A stretch of DNA of 62,349 nt, filler included, from Hausera hauseri (Eukaryota), in the NCBI GenBank assembly GCA_046269625.1. It is 11 parts of 11 records of this genome, joined end to end, with 100 filler letters (N's around TTAATTAATTAA, not from the genome) between each part and the next. Parts side by side here need not be neighbours in the genome. Positions count along the whole stretch, not along the records: positions 1 to 5,372 come from JBJURY010268397.1; positions 5,473 to 10,860 come from JBJURY010264509.1; positions 10,961 to 16,684 come from JBJURY010198970.1; 8 more parts are not named here. One strand, written 5' to 3'. Position 1 is the stretch's first letter, and each line of letters begins with the position of its first letter. A program made the translations under genes and the position numbers. The notes below the pieces were generated by a model. It ran no database searches and was not told where the DNA came from. It worked only from the letters and a program-made list of their open reading frames with translations. This document shows positions 1 to 12,332 of the stretch, in pieces.

Positions 1-1150
1 TGATCCATTTATTTTCGGTAACAATTTTTTATCTCAGTGTAAAAGAAGAGGACCTTTAACGGAAATTTTTGTTTCTTTGCTGGTGCAAAATCTTTTCTAA
101 CTTGCATTCGACATCGTCTGATTGAACGTCTAGATAGTGTTGTATCAGGAATCTCATGACTGACAATAGTTCCTGCAAAAAATACCACACTCCGGTCAGA
201 AAGATGGACTTACTCCAAAGCACTAATAACCCCATGTTACTGCATCATTACTGGAAACCTCAATTCACACTGATTTCACAGATTGATATTCATCTTCGCT
301 TTCAGACTCAGTAAATGGTGCTGAAGAAAATTCCAATGTTGGACTGGAAATTGATTTTGTCTACCTTTCTTCATATCTTACTTTTGCCAAGGCTTTCTTT
401 TCCTCACGCTGTCTCTTTCTGCATTCTTTAGCAGTTTTTTAAGGTCAACTCCACTTATACAACAAGAAAACATGTTCCGCTTTGCTTTTACAGAAATTCT
501 CTATCTTCTTCCTTTTTGAGTTCAGTCAAAACATCTTTTGTGGCTGTTTGAGTTCACTTTTAAAGATTTCTTCGTTTTGTCTTTCACTTTCCCGTCGCCT
601 AGTTCTGTGTTTCCTGTTACTGAATTATTAATGTTACTGAACATTAACAATATGAATTAAATAACATAATTATTAATATTCATACAATAACTTGTTTATG
701 GTAAATAATTCCGATTTGAAAAGACATCCTCTACCGAAATATTTGAATGCGTACGCCACTTGTTTACCATACATAAACTTCACCTGCTGGAACTAAAACT
801 AACCCTATAGAAACAGGCAGGTGAATTTTATCATATTCAGTGTGAGGCAGAACTGATTGGAAATCAGCATATAATACGAATTGACTGGGAATTGATTTAA
901 CCTAATCTCTAAATTCGCAGTATTTTTTGTGGGCATCTTATATAATGTGTCCGATTCAGTGGCCCAAACGCTCATGGACAAGTGCTTTTCAAGTTCCAAA
1001 ACCATGAAGACACATATGACACAACTCCTTGCATTGAATACTAACTTCGTTGCGATGTGGATTTAAAAGGCGTTCTATATTGGTTACCCCTACATAGTAG
1101 TAATTTTCTTCTTCCTCTAACAGAAGCAAGTTTAGCGGGGTACAAGTGGT

Positions 1151-3957
1151 TAGGGTTGTCCAGTAAAACTTAAATTACTGGTATGCGGCAAATTGAAAAT
1201 TTTCCCATTGACATGTTAGAATTTAATAGGAAAATAATTTTTGCCCATTTTTGTGAGAGATTCTGAGGTCCATCAAAGCTCCGGAGCATATATACCCCCA
1301 AAATCGCGGAAATATGCACATTTAATTATGGTAATTTACAGTGTTTACACAACCAGAGTTGCTTCATGAATTGGGATACAACTGCATTTGTCGCTCCACT
1401 GCTTGTACTAAAGCGCCTTACTAAAAGGGATCAGTGATCGTACAGATTGCGACGTCAGTCATCAGTTTCACTCCTCGTTCAGCCGTATCGTTCGCAACTT
1501 TCACAAAACAGAATCTTGGACCGTACAGAAGTCAGGATCGCTGTTCCACTGAGTAACTGGTTTGGTCAGCCATGTGATGGTTACATTGAGACTGCGAAAC
1601 AAAGTATGGGACTCCGGTCCTACTAAATCTACAAATGCTGTATCTCGCACAACCGGCTTTCGCCCACAATGGCACGTAGAATATGCAGAGAAATGTGTTC
1701 AATCAGCGCAGGTTGTTTACAGTTGTGACATCATACTCCATCTGTTTGGCGAACGTAAACATTTTCATAATGTATACGTTGCAAGCCATACACCATGCTT
1801 GATGAATAACACCGGGTTTCATAAAACGATTTCCTCGTGGCGGCGTTGCCCCCAATATCAAAGCGTTCTCAGCACATTCACGATAGTCATCTCGTGTAAT
1901 TTTTTTGTGGAACTACCTGACAGAAGTTTAGTTAGTTCTTCGATTACGCGTGTTTTTAGTTCAGTCAGCCAATGATCGTCCAACTGTAACAGTTCAACAG
2001 GAGCTTGAAGATCAAAATGACCCCATGATTTTTTTAATTTGGCGAAAAGGTTGTTATCTGGTCCAACAACCTTGCCAAACAGAAGTGTTCACACAAGACC
2101 TAGGAGTATTTCCAGAATATGGTGCCAACAAGGTAAGTATAACAGTTTTTTTCCAATTTTATCTTGAAGTAGCTTTGCTGTCCTTCTCTTTACACCTCTG
2201 TTGCTGACTGTGGTGTCAAACACTAGCGCTGTAATGTTGAGTAAAATTACCCACAACTCGAATAAATGAAATGTTGCATCAGCCTGTGACTGGCCGATCG
2301 ATTCTGACAAAGCTGGTATGCCTAACAATTTTCCTTCAGTGTAATCAGGAGCCCCTGACACAATAATAGCAAGTCATTCACTGGCTGCACCAAGGTGATC
2401 CTTTGTCAGTTTTCCATCCCAATGGAGATCAGCAAAGCGAGATGGATTTTCTTTGAATAAATGGGCAACGTTTTCGGTGATTTTCAGCCTTTTAGCCATT
2501 CGTTTCCGGCGAATGGTCTGACATGATATGTCAAAGTCTTTGAGATCGCCATTACCAACTTTAAATACTGTAGAAACCAACATCGTTGTCCGATTGTCGG
2601 ACAGCATGAGCTTGTCTGCTGCACTTGTGATATCGTCGCACTGCATTATCTTTATTGGTAGGTTGATCTTTACATTTTCTTTTTTCTCATCTTGCATGCT
2701 GTAGGAATGAATTCGACATAATCTTGTGTATCATCTTCCTCCTCTGATTCTTTCACTTTATGACTGTCCGTGACTATACCTAATCTTTGTATTTCCATCT
2801 CTTTCACAGACTCCATGTACAAAGCTTTCTGTTGCATTTCTTTACTTTCAGCCTTATTTTGAAATATTTTGTCATGACCGTACATCGTTGCTGCCCTTTC
2901 ACTCCTCTGATCGAAAAAGAACTTTGTGTCTTCTGTTTTCGTCTTTTCTGATAGCAACCGACATTGCATAATTTCATCTATAGCATCTGATGCACCAATA
3001 TCAAAATGTTTATCCAGTTTTAAAATGAAACTCGCTCTTTTTCCACCGGGATCGCCTTCACGTTTTCTAATCTTTGATAAACTCTCATTCTCACCAAAGA
3101 TTTATTACAGATATCATGCAGTTCTGTCGCGTTTTCATTTTGATGAGCGCCATCTTCCAAAATACAATAACACTGTCCACGACTTTATATGCCAGATCTT
3201 TATTTGAAACTTTACTTGTGATATAATCTAACTCATGTCGAAGATAAAAGAAGAATTTCAAAACCTGTCTGTTGGTTGGTAACTTAGATCGACTTATTGA
3301 TGATGATGGCTGCCAAATTAACTAGAAATCCGTCATTTTTCTGGTTAGTGGCTGACGAGATATTAATGATTATGTAGATGTTGATGTTGATGATGAAAGA
3401 CAAGGCATTTCTTCTGTATTATCCGATTTTGATGAAGCAGTAATAACTGAAGATGTTAACATACGAACGCCCACTTCTGTTTGCCATTATTCTACGTTAA
3501 TTCACAACAACATAAATTCAAGTTAACTGATTTCAAATCACTAAAAATTTTGTCATCGTCATGTCTCATTGCACAGACTTTTACTTGCACACACAGTAAC
3601 AGAGTAGCAGGAAGCAGTTGCTACAGAAGCCACTGCTATCATGTGCGACTGTGCGAGTGTGCAACAACACTGCGATGAGCTGTGCAACGTGAAATTTCAT
3701 TCCTTAATTATGGCAACCAAAATGTATTGGCAAACAATCTTTAACCTACTTGCAAAAGAAAATAAAGTGAAAATAACTGAAATAGATGTGTGCATTTTCG
3801 CGATATTGGGGATATACATGCTCCGGAGCTTTGAGGGACTTCAGAACCTCTCACAAAAATGGGAACAAATTGTTTTCACATTAAATGCTAACATGTCAAT
3901 GGGAAAATTTTCAATTTGGAAGAATACCAGTAATTTAAGTTTTTCTGGACTACCCAA
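1151..3957 (-). mobile_element. Decayed hAT-superfamily (hATm-like) DNA transposon with ~190-bp terminal inverted repeats
   Basis: 1151-1340 (TAGGGTTGTCCAGTAAAACTTAAATTACTGGTAT...) is the reverse complement of ~3770-3957. Internal minus-strand fragments LHWDGKL, KLLGIPAL, ALVFDTTVSN, LLYLPCWHHILE and VKVANDTAERGVKLM match hATm-type transposase motifs. No TSD found. Confidence 0.85.
1400..3250 (-). pseudogene. hAT transposase pseudogene (stops and frameshifts)
   Basis: ORF pieces 2670-2969, 2374-2697 and 2089-2361, plus C-terminal NDTAERGVKL near 1460-1500. Confidence 0.8.
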
Positions 3958-4259
3958 ACCTGTTTTGCTCCCGACATCCGGTGTAGTTGTAATCAATAGG
4001 CGTAGTTCATATCAGTAACAGATGAATTATTACGCAAGGGGGTTTAGGCCAAAATCCTCATAACCAACTACTTACTCTAATTTCGTGCATCTCGAAGAAA
4101 AGCGTTATTCCTAACCGAAGCCAGCGAAATCACGATCTTGTCCGAGCCGGATTTTGAGCTTACCTACAAGATGTGAAAGGTATAATTTATTTAGTACATG
4201 TCCTTGCTTTATGCATCCCTGTCCTGTTATTATTTGTTCATAATGGTGATAAAATGAGC

Positions 4260-5030
4260 AACTGTCTATCGAATATTTTTGAATAGTGTGAGTGCCAAAT
4301 TCAACTGAGGGGGAACCCGCATAGGTGTTTTAGGCTCTAAGGAAGCAAAATTCGACAAATGTTTAAGCGGAAACAGATAGGAAGTGCCACATGGTAACCT
4401 GGGTCTTTTATTTCAGATTTTCGAAATTCGGTGCACAACTCGAATAAATATTGATTTTCACCGAATAGTTTCGATTTTCTTGACATCCATAAATCTCTTG
4501 AGAAATCTGAGAGAGCCAGCCGTTTCTCCATGTTCTAATGCCTCTATATAGCATTTTGCATATGTGTCGCACATGCGCAAGTGTGCTTTAGTAAATAATA
4601 ACTGTTTTCCGATAAAACCTTCGAAGTTGACTTTAGCCCACAAGAAAGTGAAAATCGAAAAATGTAAAAGCCTACACACAGAAACTAACATGTGCTGTAT
4701 CCGATTATAACGTCAAATATTCGAAAACTCAAATACATGACGAACTTTTCGAATAATTGATTTTCTATTCAAATAGAAGCAAAAATCGAAAAATCGAAAA
4801 GCATAGAGGGATAGAAATTCATATATGAAGAATCCGAATGTGACGTCAGATATTTGAAAAGCGGATTGAATAAAAAAGCCGATTTTTCGATCGAATTCGA
4901 ATATTCGAATAGTACTATCGGATTCTCCATGTCCGAAAACCTTTGTATAGCAAAAATAGGGTGTGCAAAGTATTTACAAGTGTCTGGAAAAGAATAAAAC
5001 ATTGAAAAATTCGATAATATTCGGTCAAGA
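4260..5030 (+). repeat. Diverged copy of an interspersed repeat family also in contigs 8 and 11
   Basis: TGAGGGGGAACCCGCATAGGTGTTTTAGGCTCTAAGGAAGCAAAATTCGA (~4306) matches TGAGGGAGCAACCGCATAGGTTTTTTAGGCCCTATAGAGTCAAAATTCGA (~42254) and ~57320-57370. Boundaries approximate. Confidence 0.65.
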
Positions 5031-5372
5031 ATAAATTATTGGAACAATTTGATCACTCCATTTGATTGCCCATTTATGAAAACCCTGTTCGAATTTTAAA
5101 TATGGCGCTGTGAAATGTATGCCATTGATGCATTAAAATAAAAAGTTTTAGAATATTTGAAAATATGATATATATATATATTTCGATTTACCCTGCCAGA
5201 TATTTATTTTTTCCTTACACCATCAGATTCCCCACATTTGAAAACCTTAAATAACCCACCATTTAAGTAATAGGTCAAAGTAGTGTATTAAAACAAAGAC
5301 TATTTAGAATTTATTTTTAAATGTGCGCATATAATTAATTACTATAATAAAACGCAAGCATTGAAAGCATAG

Positions 5373-5472
5373 NNNNNNNNNNNNNNNNNNNNNNNNNNNN
5401 NNNNNNNNNNNNNNNNTTAATTAATTAANNNNNNNNNNNNNNNNNNNNNNNNNNNNNNNNNNNNNNNNNNNN
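5373..5472. other. Artificial contig spacer (44N-TTAATTAATTAA-44N); identical spacers at 10861-10960, 16685-16784, 24190-24289, 28873-28972, 33656-33755, 39725-39824, 43861-43960, 49113-49212, 55180-55279
   Basis: Ten identical 100-bp blocks whose core gives stops in all six frames; composition and content change across them. Confidence 0.98.
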
Positions 5473-5599
5473 TGAACCCCATACCTCTAGCTCTCAAGGT
5501 GGATGACTTACCTCGAGACCACTGAGCAAAGTATATCAGTTTTCCACTGCTGCCTGTTAATTCCATTAGTGGAACAAAGGGCAATCATTACAGATCTCT

Positions 5600-5950
5600 A
5601 CTTCTGATGATTGAAAGCTTCCATTCTCATCCTACTCCATGATGTATCTGCTGTGTTAATCTAGGTATCAATGCTCTTTCTCCGGGCTGTCATTCATTTT
5701 TTTATGCTCCTCTGTCTGGCAAAGCATTTCTGGCAATATTATTTTTCTTTTTGCATTGCGTGTCCTATCAACTTCCTGATGTTGCCAATGATTAAGTTCT
5801 GACCTGTTCTCTCTAGTAGGTCCTTATTTAACATAGTGTCTGGCCATCTAATTCTGAGTATTTACCTAAGGCTTTGTTTTGCAAATGTTTGTTGTTTGTG
5901 TTTCACTGTCCCTATGTTTTTCTAAATTTCTGAGCCACAAAGCATCAGTT
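5600..5950 (-). mobile_element. RTE-type LINE 3' remnant
   Basis: Minus-strand translation QTFANKALGKILRIRWPDTMLNKDLLERTGQ...IGHAMQKEKNNIARNAL resembles the RTE ORF C-terminus. Confidence 0.55.
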
Positions 5951-6328
5951 TAAACACTTATTATTATGAGTGTCACTTTACACATAATGTTTTCATATAT
6001 AATGAAAATGAAACTTCAGATCCATATCTCTCATATTAGATTATGTTTATAAAACATTATTCACATTCTTTGTTACTTGTGTCTACAATGAGGTACATAT
6101 TTATATATGTAATGCGTTCAAATTTGATAAAAACATTCATGTTTTTTTAAATTAAAACTGGTCTGAGAGACCAACCATTAATTTTTCGTTCATAATATCT
6201 TAGAAACTAAATAATTATATGCTATAGTCCATTCATCAATGTCCTACAACTTATTACTAAAATATTCCACTTAAAATGATTACTTATTTCACTGCACACT
6301 GCTCTGCTTTTAAAACACAACACTGCAC

Positions 6329-8995
6329 TTACACCAGTTCGAAAGGTTTTTTCCTCTTAAGCCTTCTTCGAACATTTTCATTAGCTAGAAGTTGGACAGC
6401 TTCAGGATTTACGTGGCCATGCAGATGAGCTTCATGTTTGACAGCGAATCTTTTTATTTCGCTGGACACAAAGGGGATGTCGAGATCTCTGTGAAGATCA
6501 CTATTCCTAATATACCAAGGAGCATTAACTAAAGCTCTTAGCACTTTATTTTGGAATTTTTGTATAACCCTTATCTGACTTTCTCTGGCGCAACCCCAAA
6601 GCTGCACACCATAAAGCCAGACTGGTTTCAGAATTTGATTATAAATTAAAACTTTATAATGAAGAGGTAGTTGTGACTGACGTCCCAGTAACCAATATAA
6701 TTTTCTATATTTGAGTCCCAGCTCAGCTCTTTTCATCTTTATGTGCTCCTTCCATTTCAGCTTTGCGTCCAGCGTCATTCCCAAGTATTTCGCTGTGTTT
6801 GCATATGGTACAATGTTTCCATTTATGGCGACTGATAAAGGCTCTGTGATATTTTTATTTGTAAAGTTTATATGAACAGATTTACGTTCGTTTAGGTTTA
6901 TCCTCCACATTTTGGTCCAATGATGTATTTTATCGCATGCCTGCTGTAGTCTGTTTGTTGTTACAACTTGATTTGCATCCACTGTCAAAAGGGCAGTGTC
7001 ATCTGCAAATGTTGCAACTGTGACTCCACTCACTTGAGGAATATCACTTGTATATAATAGATATAATGTGGGTCCTAAAACGCTTCCTTGAGGTACGCCT
7101 GCTCTTATTTCTTTCAGCTCCGAATACTCATCTTCCTGTTTAACTCTAAACAATCTATCTGCCAAATAAGAAGACAGCAGTTCCACATATTGTTTAGGTA
7201 GAAGTGTATTTAATTTGTACAACAAACCCTCATGCCAGACCTTGTCGAATGCCTGTGCTACATCTAGAAAAATGGCAGAACATATCATTCTCTTTTCAAG
7301 GGATTTTTCAATAATATTTGTTATACGATGAACCTGATCGATTGTTGAATGTTTTCTTCTAAAACCAAACTGATGGTTTGGGATTAAATTGTGTTGTTCG
7401 ATTATAGGCATCAGTTTTTTTAGAAGAATTTTCTCAAAGAGCTTCGATATTATTGGCAACAAAGAAATTGGCCTGTAAGATTTCATGTCATGTGGCGGCT
7501 TCCCGGGTTTATGCAGCATAATGACCTCTGCCACTTTCCACACAGAAGGAACATGTCTTAGTCTAAATGATGCATTAAATAGATAAGTTAACATAACTAT
7601 TCCTTTCCGAGGAAGTTGCTTCAAAATTTCACCTGACACAAGATCAAAACCTGGTGTCTTTTTTATACTTAAGTTGGTCTTAATCTCCTTAGCCACCTCA
7701 TCCGTTGTAACAGGATCAATAACCATACCTTCTTGGTCAAATACTGGCTCCATGTCAAAGGAAAGTTCATTCTTGTTTGGCTGAAAAATATCATACAGGT
7801 AGTTAGCAAAAGTTTCTGCTTTTTGCCTGTTGTCCCTAGCCCATGTTCCATCCTCTTTTTTTATCGGCGGAATCTGAGTGATTGGCCTTTTTAATTTTCT
7901 TGTAGCTTTCCACAAAGAAAAGTCTGTCTCTTCTGTGGCTGACAAATTTTGGAGGTAGTTGTTAAACGTTTCATACTTCCAATTTTGAATTTTTCTTTTC
8001 AACTGTTGAGTTTTATTATTAAGAATATTTTTATCAGTTGGATTCCGTGTTTGTTGCCATCTTCTCCTAGCCTTCCTTTTTTCAATAACAAGATTCCTTA
8101 TTTCCTTTGGGTAATTAAAGCCCGCTGTAGTATAGGTGTAGGCCTTTGTGTTATCCCAAGCAGCTTCCTGAATTGCAGTATTTAACTTATCGGCTTCTTC
8201 TTCTAGTTGCAATTTAGTTCTTAGTGGAATGTTCAGATTTATTTTATTTTGTAAATCGACTTTGAATTGTCCCCAATCTGTTGTTTTATTTACTAGTGTA
8301 GGTCTACTTTGCTTTCTAATTACTCTGTTACACAGTGTCAGAATAACTGCTGAATGATCCGAGTTTAGGTCATAATTTTCCTCAATATCAATGTAATTGG
8401 ACGATATTTTCCTCAGTATGAAAAAATCCAAGAGATCAGGAAGTTTGTTTGGATCACTTGGCCAATAGGTCGGCTTTGCTGTTGAATGAAACGAGCATCC
8501 AAGTTCACTGATGGCTTCTCGTAATTCTTTTCCTTTTGTAGTTGTTATCCTAGCCCCCCAGTCAACGTGCTTAGCATTAAAATCTCCACCTAAAATATAT
8601 CTTTCGCCGAGATGTTCGAGTACATGTTTATATTGATTTTTTTTAAGATTATGTCTAGGCGGACAGTACAAGGCTGCAACATTAAATTTTTGTTTAGTTT
8701 CATGGATTCCAATCACTGCAAGCTGCACTTCCTCAGACTGGATATGACTTTCTTCATAATGATTAATATTATCTTTTATGATTACTGCACTTCCCCCTCT
8801 AGCTTGATTGGCAGGATGGATTGCATGGTAAACCTTGTAACCTTGTATTTTTAAATAGGAATGTTTTGTTGAGTGTGTTTCAGAAACAAGACATACATCG
8901 ATGTTTTGAGTTTTTATAAATATTTCCAATTCACACATTTTATTTTGAATGCCATTCGCATTCCATGTAGCTATTTTCATCTCCCTCTGACTCAT
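6329..8995 (-). CDS. LINE ORF2: apurinic-type endonuclease + reverse transcriptase (likely ATG at 8995, just after the ORF1 stop; longest ORF begins 9058)
   Basis: TWNANG, VSETH, GGDFNAKH and SDHSAV (APE); YRPISLL, FLDVAQAFDKVWH, GVPQGSVLGP, FADD and KYLG (RT). Confidence 0.95.
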   Translation of the reverse strand: MSQREMKIATWNANGIQNKMCELEIFIKTQNIDVCLVSETHSTKHSYLKIQGYKVYHAIHPANQARGGSAVIIKDNINHYEESHIQSEEVQLAVIGIHETKQKFNVAALYCPPRHNLKKNQYKHVLEHLGERYILGGDFNAKHVDWGARITTTKGKELREAISELGCSFHSTAKPTYWPSDPNKLPDLLDFFILRKISSNYIDIEENYDLNSDHSAVILTLCNRVIRKQSRPTLVNKTTDWGQFKVDLQNKINLNIPLRTKLQLEEEADKLNTAIQEAAWDNTKAYTYTTAGFNYPKEIRNLVIEKRKARRRWQQTRNPTDKNILNNKTQQLKRKIQNWKYETFNNYLQNLSATEETDFSLWKATRKLKRPITQIPPIKKEDGTWARDNRQKAETFANYLYDIFQPNKNELSFDMEPVFDQEGMVIDPVTTDEVAKEIKTNLSIKKTPGFDLVSGEILKQLPRKGIVMLTYLFNASFRLRHVPSVWKVAEVIMLHKPGKPPHDMKSYRPISLLPIISKLFEKILLKKLMPIIEQHNLIPNHQFGFRRKHSTIDQVHRITNIIEKSLEKRMICSAIFLDVAQAFDKVWHEGLLYKLNTLLPKQYVELLSSYLADRLFRVKQEDEYSELKEIRAGVPQGSVLGPTLYLLYTSDIPQVSGVTVATFADDTALLTVDANQVVTTNRLQQACDKIHHWTKMWRINLNERKSVHINFTNKNITEPLSVAINGNIVPYANTAKYLGMTLDAKLKWKEHIKMKRAELGLKYRKLYWLLGRQSQLPLHYKVLIYNQILKPVWLYGVQLWGCARESQIRVIQKFQNKVLRALVNAPWYIRNSDLHRDLDIPFVSSEIKRFAVKHEAHLHGHVNPEAVQLLANENVRRRLKRKKPFELV

Positions 8996-8999
8996 TTCT

Positions 9000-10493
9000 T
9001 CAATTTGTACCTGCTGAATTTCCGGCCTCCAATCTATCGAGTCTCCCTGATAACTCATTAATTTTTGTAAGTATATCTTGCAACAATTCCATCATGTTTG
9101 ATTGCGATGTGCATTGTTGTTGGATATTTTGTTGCTGTTTCTGTTGGTTATGGTGTTGTAAGTTCGAATTTGTTGCTTTAGTTGCCTGGGCAAACGAAAC
9201 ATTATTTTGTACTTTATGCGATGAAAACGTTTTCTGTTGTGAGGACTGCGACGTCTTGGCATTGTTTAACTTATCTCTTCGCTTTTGAAGCTCCTTTGCT
9301 ACTAAGCATCCTCTGTAGCTTGCAGGATGAGCCTCTGCACAATTAAAGCACTTTGGCGGATCACTTTTTGATTTTGTGCATTCACTAGTTAAATGCTTGC
9401 CTGCACATTTTACACATATCGCTTCATGTTGACAATACTGTTGGGTATGGCCAAAACGCTGACACCTTTTACATTGTGGAATGAATTTATTACTCCTGAG
9501 GGCCTCAATTTTAACTTTCATGTGGCATATAAATTGTATTTCGTATATTTTTTTAATATCTTCTTTGTTATCGAATGAAAGCATAAACAGAGGTAGCCTA
9601 GTAGTATACTCTCGTCCATTTGCTTTGTATTTCTTAATTTTATTTACAACAGTAAGAATTCGTAAACCTTTATTTAGAAGGTCATCCCGAATATCTTCAG
9701 GATCACACGAGGGGTGAAGATCCCGTGCCATAACTCTTATTGGTCGAGTTTGTTTGTTCTCGTAAGTATGCCAATCCAGTTTATTAACTGTCATAAGATT
9801 GGTCAATTTCCTATAATCATCTTCTGTATCAACATTAATTTTTAATTGATTATTACTCATTAAGCTTGATTTAAAGCTTATATTACTTGGCTGTATTATT
9901 TTCTTAACTTCATTGTAGTCTACTACACTGCTTAAAATTACCGGTGGCGGTTTAATAATTTTGGCTTTAGTTTCCTTATTTCTAGTTGGCTTAGGATTTG
10001 GGCCGATATTTGTTTTTACAGATGTTTTTAAAGGTCTCTCTCCTGCTTTACTTTGAAATGATAATGGAGGTGAAGTACTAGCCTTCCTCTTCTTTGTTTG
10101 CCGATGTTTTTGGACTATCCATTCTGTTTCTTTCTGAAATTCTTCCTCATCTGTTGAATATTCCTGACGTATTCTAGAGTCGACCCCACCGGAACCAGAA
10201 CTTAATTCTTTCGGTAAATTAATTGTAGTTTTCTCGGCGGATAACTGTTCTAACACTTCTAATCGCTTTTGGAGCAGTTCAAGAGAATTTTGCAGACTGG
10301 AATTATTCTTTTCTGCTTGATTTAACTTCGCCTCAGATTCCTTCCAGGCATTATACAGAACTTGCTCGATGGCAGTTTTTAACTGATTAGGTTCGATTTT
10401 TGACGGGCTGTATTGAACAGCCATATCTGAATCGGAATTAGAGTTTTCTTCAAATTCCGGTACAAGAAAGCGCGAGGGCCTTACCAAGGACAT
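9000..10493 (-). CDS. LINE ORF1 nucleic-acid-binding protein (497 aa) with three Cys/His knuckles
   Basis: CKRCQRFGHTQQYC, CVKCAGKHLTSEC and CFNCAEAHPASYRGC preceded by a PRE_C2HC-like region; Jockey/I-type ORF1 layout. Confidence 0.92.
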   Translation of the reverse strand: MSLVRPSRFLVPEFEENSNSDSDMAVQYSPSKIEPNQLKTAIEQVLYNAWKESEAKLNQAEKNNSSLQNSLELLQKRLEVLEQLSAEKTTINLPKELSSGSGGVDSRIRQEYSTDEEEFQKETEWIVQKHRQTKKRKASTSPPLSFQSKAGERPLKTSVKTNIGPNPKPTRNKETKAKIIKPPPVILSSVVDYNEVKKIIQPSNISFKSSLMSNNQLKINVDTEDDYRKLTNLMTVNKLDWHTYENKQTRPIRVMARDLHPSCDPEDIRDDLLNKGLRILTVVNKIKKYKANGREYTTRLPLFMLSFDNKEDIKKIYEIQFICHMKVKIEALRSNKFIPQCKRCQRFGHTQQYCQHEAICVKCAGKHLTSECTKSKSDPPKCFNCAEAHPASYRGCLVAKELQKRRDKLNNAKTSQSSQQKTFSSHKVQNNVSFAQATKATNSNLQHHNQQKQQQNIQQQCTSQSNMMELLQDILTKINELSGRLDRLEAGNSAGTN

Positions 10494-12223
10494 TTAAAGA
10501 CCTTGGTAGGCTTTATCTAATTATTTAACTATTTATACACTATTGGTATTAATTAAAATGAAATACCTGTATTAAATTTATGTTGTTTTTAACTCAATAT
10601 CAGAACGCTGACAGTTCACATTCCGTTGGCTTTCATTATGCCATATACAATAAAACTACACACTAAGCTATTCTAATATACTAGCACTACTCCACGACTA
10701 CTCTACGATGTTAACTCCACTGCTGCTAAACAATAACTGTGCTAAATGCAAGGATGCTAAAAAGGCTGCCAAGAAAGCAAGAAAGGCAACATTAAAGAGT
10801 TATACGACTCAACTAAGAAACTATCAGGAAAATCTGGAAGACCAGGAAAACTCATAAAAGNNNNNNNNNNNNNNNNNNNNNNNNNNNNNNNNNNNNNNNN
10901 NNNNTTAATTAATTAANNNNNNNNNNNNNNNNNNNNNNNNNNNNNNNNNNNNNNNNNNNNTTGGTAGCTGTGTCTAATCTCTGGCATTGCAAAGATTATG
11001 ATAAGAGTGAAGCGAGTCTCGGGGGCACGTCGCTCGCTATGTTTGTCACAATGTTGTCAAATATGCAAATGAAGTGACGAAAAAAATGCTGATTTTTTAA
11101 ATTTGGAAAGCAATAAATCAGAACAGGGGAATGATATTAAACAATTTTATCACTCGATTAATGTTCAGCTGTTGCTATTTAAGGTTGTCTCTTTATCCTC
11201 CTTTTACATTTCAGAGCAGATATTATCTCTTCAGGGATGCTTGGCTGACTGTTGTATTACTAATGAAGCATGCAAAGCAAAAAAGAAACAGTAGGAGAGA
11301 AAATGGAAGTTGCGAGCTATAACGGTAGAGAGAAAATTAAGAATTTATCAAGATTAAATAAATATTAAGATTTCTGAACAAAACTATTTCGAAAGTTAAT
11401 TAAGCATTCACTTTGTCATTGTAGACTGAGATTTTCCTTTCACCGTTTGTTTTTTGTTTGTTATGTACAAAATAGCATAAATCAATTAACAGCAAATGAT
11501 ATTAATTTGAATTGATTATTTAAAATTTGTTCTACAAATAGAAATTTTAAAATGATAAATGATGAGTAGGTAGAAGTGTCCTCTACTAACCATTTCCCAA
11601 AAATTACTCATATCGACCTGAAAACCATTTTCCCCACCTATTTCGTAATTCTGAGCATTTTATGTCTGGTGGTCGGAAACCCCCTCTCCCAAGGACAGAA
11701 GGAAATCGTACAATGAACTTTGGTCCCAGACCAATCGGTCGAGCCGGACAAGGCGACCAAAGTCAACAGCGCAGCGAAGCCAAAAAATTAACCCGGCGGC
11801 ACAGGAGGCGGAAGAAAAACGAGAAGTGTGCAACGGGCAACGCAACACATGTTGCTGGTATATCGAAATTTTGTACAGAGGTAAAATTGATGTTGGCAAG
11901 TCGAATGGACACGGTTTCGTCATCGTCAGACCAAGTGAACATGGGGAAAACCGGTTGGGAAAATTTCCGTCGGGTAAAATTTTCCCCTGTTCAAGTCTGC
12001 CGATGATGTAAATGGGTCTCATACATTGCCCATAAGTTGGGGAAAATTTCATATTATAACCGCCTCACGATCAGACCAACGGATCCGAGTGAAAAATGCA
12101 ATCAAAAAACGCATTGTTAAAAGTCATCGTTGTAAATGCGTTAGTTTTTTGTAGAAAAATCGTGAATTTTATTTTTTACGACGACGACGACGCTTAAAAC
12201 CGATCGCACAAATTACCACGAGC

Positions 12224-12332
12224 ATATTCAGACTCACCGCAACGAGTTGAGTCGGAAAAATTTTTAACTGACCCAGTTCTGGACACCTGTATATTCCGAC
12301 TCACCGCAACGAGTTGAGTCGGGAAAAATTTT
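12224..12332. repeat. Two direct copies of a ~41-bp hairpin-forming motif, flanked by (ACG)n and (ACC)n microsatellites
   Basis: ATATTCmGACTCACCGCAACGAGTTGAGTCGGAAAAATTTT at 12224 and 12291; GACTCA...TGAGTC stem. Confidence 0.85.

Larger units (their letters stand above)
6142..10860 (-). mobile_element. Apparently full-length Jockey-clade non-LTR retrotransposon
   Basis: Two adjacent intact ORFs (Gag-like ORF1 and APE-RT ORF2, no RNase H). Putative 3' end has a small hairpin TGGTCT-CTC-AGACCA and an A7 at ~6142-6148. The 5' end is not defined. Confidence 0.85.

Noticed and set aside
5373-5472. Recurrent TTAATTAATTAA motif and ORFs ending in XXX-LIN
   Set aside because: Artificial joining spacer; ORFs crossing it are artefacts.
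12224-12332. CRISPR-like repeat-spacer-repeat
   Set aside because: Only two repeats, eukaryotic context and no cas genes.
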